From NCBI GenBank assembly GCA_046583355.1, contig JAYGCM010000045.1:1-64000 (forward strand): 64,000 nt of DNA, in the 5' to 3' direction. The position numbers and the translations under genes were made by a program. Under the pieces are notes generated by a model, which worked only from the letters and a program-made list of their open reading frames with translations, did not search any database and was not told where the DNA came from. Source of the stretch: Deltaproteobacteria bacterium (GTDB lineage Bacteria; Desulfobacterota; Binatia; UBA12015). This document shows positions 59,208 through 64,000 of this stretch, piece after piece (the first letter of the stretch is position 1; each line of letters opens with the position of its first letter).

Positions 59208-59250
59208 TGGTTTCAGCCGAGGCACGGGGCGCGGCAAGGAGTAAACACAG

Positions 59251-60498
59251 ATGAGCGAATTAAGTGAAATCACGGCAGAACGAATCATTGCTGATGCCTC
59301 CTACGGCACATTGGGCTACCCGTGGCGGGAGTGGGATATCCTGCGCGCGCAATCTCCCGTGCACCCCTTTCTCGATTGGGACATCCCCTTCCATGCGGTG
59401 ACACGCCACGAGGATATCACCGAAATCGGCCGCCATCCCGAGATCTGGCTCAACGGGCCACGCCTGCTCATTGCCGATATGGATGAGTCAGGTCTCGATT
59501 TCGAGCGACCGCCGACGCTGATCGAAATGGACCCGCCGGTACACGCCGAACACCGCAGGCTGATCGCGAAAAAATTCACGCCGCGCAACGTCGCCAAGCT
59601 GCATCCGGATATCGAGCGCATCTGCGCCAAAATCGTCGATGATCTGCTCGAAGAAGGCGGCCACACGGAGGTCGATTTCGTCGAGCGCGTCTCGGCGCCC
59701 GTACCCACAGCCGTCATCGCCTGGATGCTCGGTGTTCCCGAATCCGATTGGAAGTTGATCTTTGAATGGACCAATCAACAACTCGGCAGCAACGACCCCG
59801 AATACGCGGGCGAAGAAGATCCGCGGGAGGTCGCCTCGCGCTCCCTCGTCGAAATGTTCACCTACTTTGCGGGCCTCGTTGAAGAGCGCAAGAAAAACCC
59901 CAAGGACGACCTGATCAGCCTCTTCTGCACCGCCGAGGTCGGCGGCAAACCGTTGGAGATGATCCAGATTCTGGCGTGGTGCCAGATCATCATGATCGCC
60001 GGCAACGAAACGACCCGCAACGCCACCAGCGGCGGCCTGATCGCGATGATCGAGAACCCGGACCAGCTCCGCCTCTTCCAGGGCGACCCTGAAAAGATGA
60101 TGCGCCCGATGCTCGAGGAAATTCTGCGCTTCACCAGCCCGATCATCCATTTTGCGCGGACCGCTTCCTGCGATACCGAGTTGCGCGGCAAGAAGATCCG
60201 CAAAGGGGAACATCTCGCGATCTTCTTCCCCTCGGCCAATCGTCAGGAAGATATTTTCGACAACCCCTACTCCTTCCAGATCGACCGCTACCCGAACAAC
60301 CATCTGGCCTTCGGCGTGGGCGAGCATTTCTGTGCGGGCGCACATATCGCGCGCCTGGAGTTGCAGATGATCTTCAAACACCTGCTGCCGCGCATCGAAG
60401 AGATCGAATTGGCAGCGCCTCCCTCGCGCCTGCACTCGAACCTGGTCGGCGGCATCAAACGCCTGCCGATCCGCTACAAACTTCGTAGCGCCGCCTAG
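59251..60498 (+). CDS. Cytochrome P450
   Basis: MDPPVH, AGNETT, EILR (ExxR), HLAFGVGEHFCAG. Confidence 0.96.
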   Translation: MSELSEITAERIIADASYGTLGYPWREWDILRAQSPVHPFLDWDIPFHAVTRHEDITEIGRHPEIWLNGPRLLIADMDESGLDFERPPTLIEMDPPVHAEHRRLIAKKFTPRNVAKLHPDIERICAKIVDDLLEEGGHTEVDFVERVSAPVPTAVIAWMLGVPESDWKLIFEWTNQQLGSNDPEYAGEEDPREVASRSLVEMFTYFAGLVEERKKNPKDDLISLFCTAEVGGKPLEMIQILAWCQIIMIAGNETTRNATSGGLIAMIENPDQLRLFQGDPEKMMRPMLEEILRFTSPIIHFARTASCDTELRGKKIRKGEHLAIFFPSANRQEDIFDNPYSFQIDRYPNNHLAFGVGEHFCAGAHIARLELQMIFKHLLPRIEEIELAAPPSRLHSNLVGGIKRLPIRYKLRSAA

Positions 60499-60661
60499 AG
60501 GGCCGGCCGAAAAGTAGGCCTGCATCCGAGCGCCGCTTGCGGCTGCTGGTCTGCGTCACGCTCTCTCCCAATGGCTACGGCCATTGCTCGGTCGCCTTCC
60601 TTGCCAGCAGCCGCAATCGACGCTCTCTGTGCAAAGCCCTACTTCTCGGCCGGGCCTCTAG
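60495..60661. mobile_element. MITE/REPIN-like element: inverted pair of the dispersed repeat flanked by CTAG
   Basis: CTAGAGGGCCGGCCGAAAAGTAGGCCTGCA ... TGCAAAGCCCTACTTCTCGGCCGGGCCTCTAG with a non-coding interior. Confidence 0.6.
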
Positions 60662-60679
60662 AATTCGTGCGGTGGGCCT

Positions 60680-62590
60680 CTACCCGACCTCACGCGACAC
60701 GCCGCCGATCAGATGAGGGACGGAATGGAGGCCCTCGTCGCGCGAGCGCAGAGCGCGGTCGAGGCGCATCGCCGTGTTGATCAGACCGAGGTGGCTGAAA
60801 GCCTGCGGGAAATTGCCCAGCAGCGCGCCATTGCTCGGGTCGATCTCTTCGGCGAGCAGGCCGAGGTGGTTCGAGGCATCGATATGCGCGGTGAAGACCT
60901 CCAGGGCCTCGTCAAGCTTGCCTTGTAGAGCGAGCGTCTCGGCCAGCCAGAAGCCGCAGAGAACGAAGGCGCCCTCGTCGCCGCCCACGCCATCATCGGC
61001 CCGGTAGCGGTGCAAATAGGGGCCGGTGCTGAGCTCGCGCTGCACGAAATCGACAGTGGACACGATCAGCGGATGGTCCTCGGGCAGAAAGCCGTGCCCA
61101 GCCAGCAAAAGCAGCGTCGCATCGGCCCTGTCTTCGCCGTAAACCGCGACGAAATGCTTGCCCGTGGAGTCAAGCGCGTTGGCGCAGATATCGGCATGGA
61201 TGGCTCCGGCTTCGCGCAACCAGGCATCCTGCAGGGGGACGTCACCGAAGGCACGCGCAATACCGGCACCACGATCGAGCGCCAGCCAGCTCATCAGCTT
61301 GGAATGCGTATTCTGGCGGGTGCCGTCGCGCGGCTCCCAAATCCCGTGGTCCGGCTCGCGCCAGACCTGGCGCACACCTTCGACGATATGGCGCAGCTTG
61401 CGCCAGGCGCGCACGGTCAGCGTACCGCCGAAATGTTCGTAGAGATGCGCCGCATCCACCAGCGCTCCCGCCGAATCGATTTGCAATTGGTCGCGCGCAC
61501 CGTTGCCGATGCGCACCGGCCCCGAGCCGCGAAAGCCGCGCAGATGCTCCAGCTCTTCTTCGGCCGGCACTCGCGACCCATCAATTGCATACATGACCTC
61601 GAGGCCACCAGTGCCATCAATCGTGTCACGGATAAAATGGAAGAAGTCACGCGCCTCGGATCGGCAACCGACCAGATTATTGGAGCGCACTGCCAAGGCC
61701 GCGTCGCGAATCCAGGCATAGCGGTAGTCCCAGTTCCGCGCGCCACCGATCCATTCGGGCAACGAGGTTGTCGGCGCGGCGACCATTGCGCCCGTAGGGG
61801 CGTAGGTGAGCAGCTTCATCGTCAAGGCGGAACGGACCACGCTATGGCGAAAAGGGCCGTCGTAATTGAGCTGCGAGCTCCATTGCCGCCAGCGCAGCCG
61901 GGTCGTGCGCAGAAGGTCGAAGGGCCGGTAGGCCGCCGGCGGCTCCGGCTCCGCAGCGTCCCAGGAGATGATGGTCCAGATACGCTGGCCGGCGCGCAAC
62001 TTGATGCGGGCTGCCACACCTCCGTTGGAGCGATGCTTCCATTGCGTACCCCGCCCAGCCACCGCCACGACACGCTCGCCGTTGGGACTCTCGGCGACCA
62101 CACCATGCTCACCGATCTCGATCAGCGGTGCGACGCGCGCGTAATCGAAACGCGGGTCGAAGACGATATCGAATTCGACCTCGCCCTCAAGGCATTCGAT
62201 GCGGCGATGCACTTCATGAATCGACGCCCGCGGATCATCCGTCCAGGGCATCAGATCCGTGAGACGCGCCGTGCCATGACCCGGCACGGTGAAGAGTGTC
62301 TCCAGAACGTTCGTCTCCGGATCGTAGCGCTGCAGACTTTCAAAGGGCCGCTGCGCCGGAGTGATCCCCGTATGCCCACCACGATCGGAGTCGAGCAAAG
62401 AGGCAAAGAGGCTCGGGCTGTCGAAGCGCGGCCAGCAAAGCCAGTCGATCACCCCATCGACGCGTACCAGCGCGGCCGAGAACCCGTCTCCGATAATGCC
62501 GTGCGCGGCCAGCGGCAGGCGACCGACATCGGTGTTCTCGTCGACGACGAACGGGGCCGCGAGATGCTTCGCCGTGCTGTACAGATCCAT
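60680..62590 (-). CDS. Glycoside hydrolase family 15 (trehalase/glucoamylase-like)
   Basis: AAPTTSLPE..GGARNWDYRYAWIRD, PDHGIWE, EGAFVLCGFW, LLAEE, GNFPQAFSH. Confidence 0.95.
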   Translation of the reverse strand: MDLYSTAKHLAAPFVVDENTDVGRLPLAAHGIIGDGFSAALVRVDGVIDWLCWPRFDSPSLFASLLDSDRGGHTGITPAQRPFESLQRYDPETNVLETLFTVPGHGTARLTDLMPWTDDPRASIHEVHRRIECLEGEVEFDIVFDPRFDYARVAPLIEIGEHGVVAESPNGERVVAVAGRGTQWKHRSNGGVAARIKLRAGQRIWTIISWDAAEPEPPAAYRPFDLLRTTRLRWRQWSSQLNYDGPFRHSVVRSALTMKLLTYAPTGAMVAAPTTSLPEWIGGARNWDYRYAWIRDAALAVRSNNLVGCRSEARDFFHFIRDTIDGTGGLEVMYAIDGSRVPAEEELEHLRGFRGSGPVRIGNGARDQLQIDSAGALVDAAHLYEHFGGTLTVRAWRKLRHIVEGVRQVWREPDHGIWEPRDGTRQNTHSKLMSWLALDRGAGIARAFGDVPLQDAWLREAGAIHADICANALDSTGKHFVAVYGEDRADATLLLLAGHGFLPEDHPLIVSTVDFVQRELSTGPYLHRYRADDGVGGDEGAFVLCGFWLAETLALQGKLDEALEVFTAHIDASNHLGLLAEEIDPSNGALLGNFPQAFSHLGLINTAMRLDRALRSRDEGLHSVPHLIGGVSREVG

Positions 62591-62693
62591 CGCGGCTCAG
62601 GCTAACCCAGCAGCCCCCTCAGGTCACACGTCCCCACTCTTCGCACGGCTCGGCCTTTTGGCGGGCGAGAGGATATGATTGGAAGAAGACCAG

Positions 62694-64000
62694 ATGGCAC
62701 GAATACGATCGAGTTTTGTCTGTCAACAATGCGGCTGCCAGCACCCCAAATGGGTTGGCCGCTGCAAAGATTGCGGCGAGTGGGAGAGCGTGGTCGAAGA
62801 AATGCTCGCCACGCCCTCCAAGGCCGCTGCCTCCAGGCGCACCTCGATCGCCATCGGCGCGGCGCGCAATGCCGTACCGATCTCGCTGGCCGAGATTCGA
62901 CCGGAGAGCCATGCACGCATATCGTCGGGCCTCGAAGAGCTCGACCGCGTGCTGGGCGGCGGCATCGTTCCGGGGTCGGTGATCCTGCTGGGCGGCGACC
63001 CGGGCATCGGCAAATCCACCATTGGCCTGCAGATTCTCTCCGGCTTCGCGGCGGCTGGGCAGAAGACGCTTTATGTGACCGGCGAAGAATCGCCCGAGCA
63101 GGTGAAATTGCGTGGCGACCGTCTCGGTGTCGACAAGAGAATCGTGCTTCTGCCGGAGACCTGCGTCGAAGAAATCCTGATGCACGCCGATCGCGTGGCA
63201 CCAGCGATCATGCTCATCGACTCGATCCAGACCGTACATTCGCGCGAGCTCACCTCCGCACCGGGCAGCGTCGGGCAGGTAAGGGAATGCGCCGCCAGTC
63301 TGGTGACCCAGGCCAAGGCGCGCAACCGACCGACCATCCTGGTCGGCCATGTAACCAAGGACGGCACCATTGCGGGCCCGCGCGTGCTTGAGCATGTGGT
63401 CGATACGGTGCTTTATTTCGAGGGCGATTCGGGCGGCGGCTTGCGCCTCCTGCGTGCCGTCAAGAACCGCTTCGGTCCGACCAACGAGGTCGGGGTTTTC
63501 GAGATGGGCGAAAAAGGCCTGATCGATATCGCGAACCCCTCGGCAATGCTGCTGGCCGAGCGCCCCAAGGGGGCGTCGGGCTCATGCGTGCTGCCGGCGA
63601 TCGAGGGAACCCGCCCGATTCTGGTCGAGATTCAGGCCCTTGCTTCGCATTCCTCGCTGGCGATGCCGCGGCGCACCACGCTCGGTCTCGACGGCAACCG
63701 CACTGCCGTATTGACCGCGATTGCCGATAAACGAGCCGGCCTGAAACTCTTCGAACAAGACCTCTTCGTCAGCGTTGCCGGTGGACTCAAGGTCGCCGAA
63801 CCCGCAGCCGACCTCGCCATTCTGGCCGCCATCATCTCGAGTGCGCGCGACCGTGCTCTGCCCGAAGATATGGTGATCTTCGGCGAAGTCGGCCTGGCCG
63901 GCGAAGTCCGCGCCGTACGCCACGCCGAGACCCGGCTGCGCGAGGCCGCCAAGCTCGGCTTCGAGCGCGCGCTGGTCCCCAGCGCCGTGGCCCGACAGGT
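62694..64000 (+). CDS. radA: DNA repair protein RadA/Sms (3'-truncated by the window edge)
   Basis: Read from the sequence: MARIRSSFVCQQC...WVGRCKDC, GGDPGIGKST, IDSIQT, KNRFG. Missing from the ORF track because there is no stop in the window. Confidence 0.96.
   Translation, partial: MARIRSSFVCQQCGCQHPKWVGRCKDCGEWESVVEEMLATPSKAAASRRTSIAIGAARNAVPISLAEIRPESHARISSGLEELDRVLGGGIVPGSVILLGGDPGIGKSTIGLQILSGFAAAGQKTLYVTGEESPEQVKLRGDRLGVDKRIVLLPETCVEEILMHADRVAPAIMLIDSIQTVHSRELTSAPGSVGQVRECAASLVTQAKARNRPTILVGHVTKDGTIAGPRVLEHVVDTVLYFEGDSGGGLRLLRAVKNRFGPTNEVGVFEMGEKGLIDIANPSAMLLAERPKGASGSCVLPAIEGTRPILVEIQALASHSSLAMPRRTTLGLDGNRTAVLTAIADKRAGLKLFEQDLFVSVAGGLKVAEPAADLAILAAIISSARDRALPEDMVIFGEVGLAGEVRAVRHAETRLREAAKLGFERALVPSAVARQ

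Noticed and set aside
59251..60498. P450 as a BioI equivalent for the nearby bio genes
   Set aside because: It is on the opposite strand, separated by two genes, and has its own promoter-like sequence. Nothing in the sequence specifies BioI.

Overview
High-GC bacterial chromosomal window. The gene content (sigma54 activators, DUF4215/DUF3604 proteins, many acyl-CoA enzymes) suggests a deltaproteobacterium-like lineage, possibly Candidatus Binatia; this taxonomy is inference only. It holds amtB-glnB-glnA, a membrane-anchored sigma54 activator, an acyl-CoA ligase, a P1B-4 metal ATPase, glycosyltransferases, mgtE, acyl-CoA dehydrogenases, a nitrate/nitrite assimilation operon, a large Cys-rich secreted protein, hrpB, ychF, a haloalkane dehalogenase, a thiolase/DUF35 operon, pgm, an S9 peptidase, MscS, bioF-bioD, a Coq4-like protein, a P450, a GH15 and the start of radA. 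I found no rRNA, tRNA or CRISPR array. Highlights: (1) the nas operon adds a NarI-like cytochrome b, a 4Fe-4S protein and a Tat-Rieske protein to the Mo enzyme, suggesting a membrane or quinone-linked module; (2) the activator has both glutamate-switch residues substituted and sits divergent from an orphan sigma54 promoter, a ~110-nt terminated candidate sRNA and a 27-aa hydrophobic microprotein; (3) a ~3-kb cassette after ychF is framed by 78-bp inverted repeats resembling transposase 3' ends; (4) a 21-bp repeat recurs at four convergent gene junctions; (5) an acyl-CoA dehydrogenase is translationally coupled to bioF-bioD.
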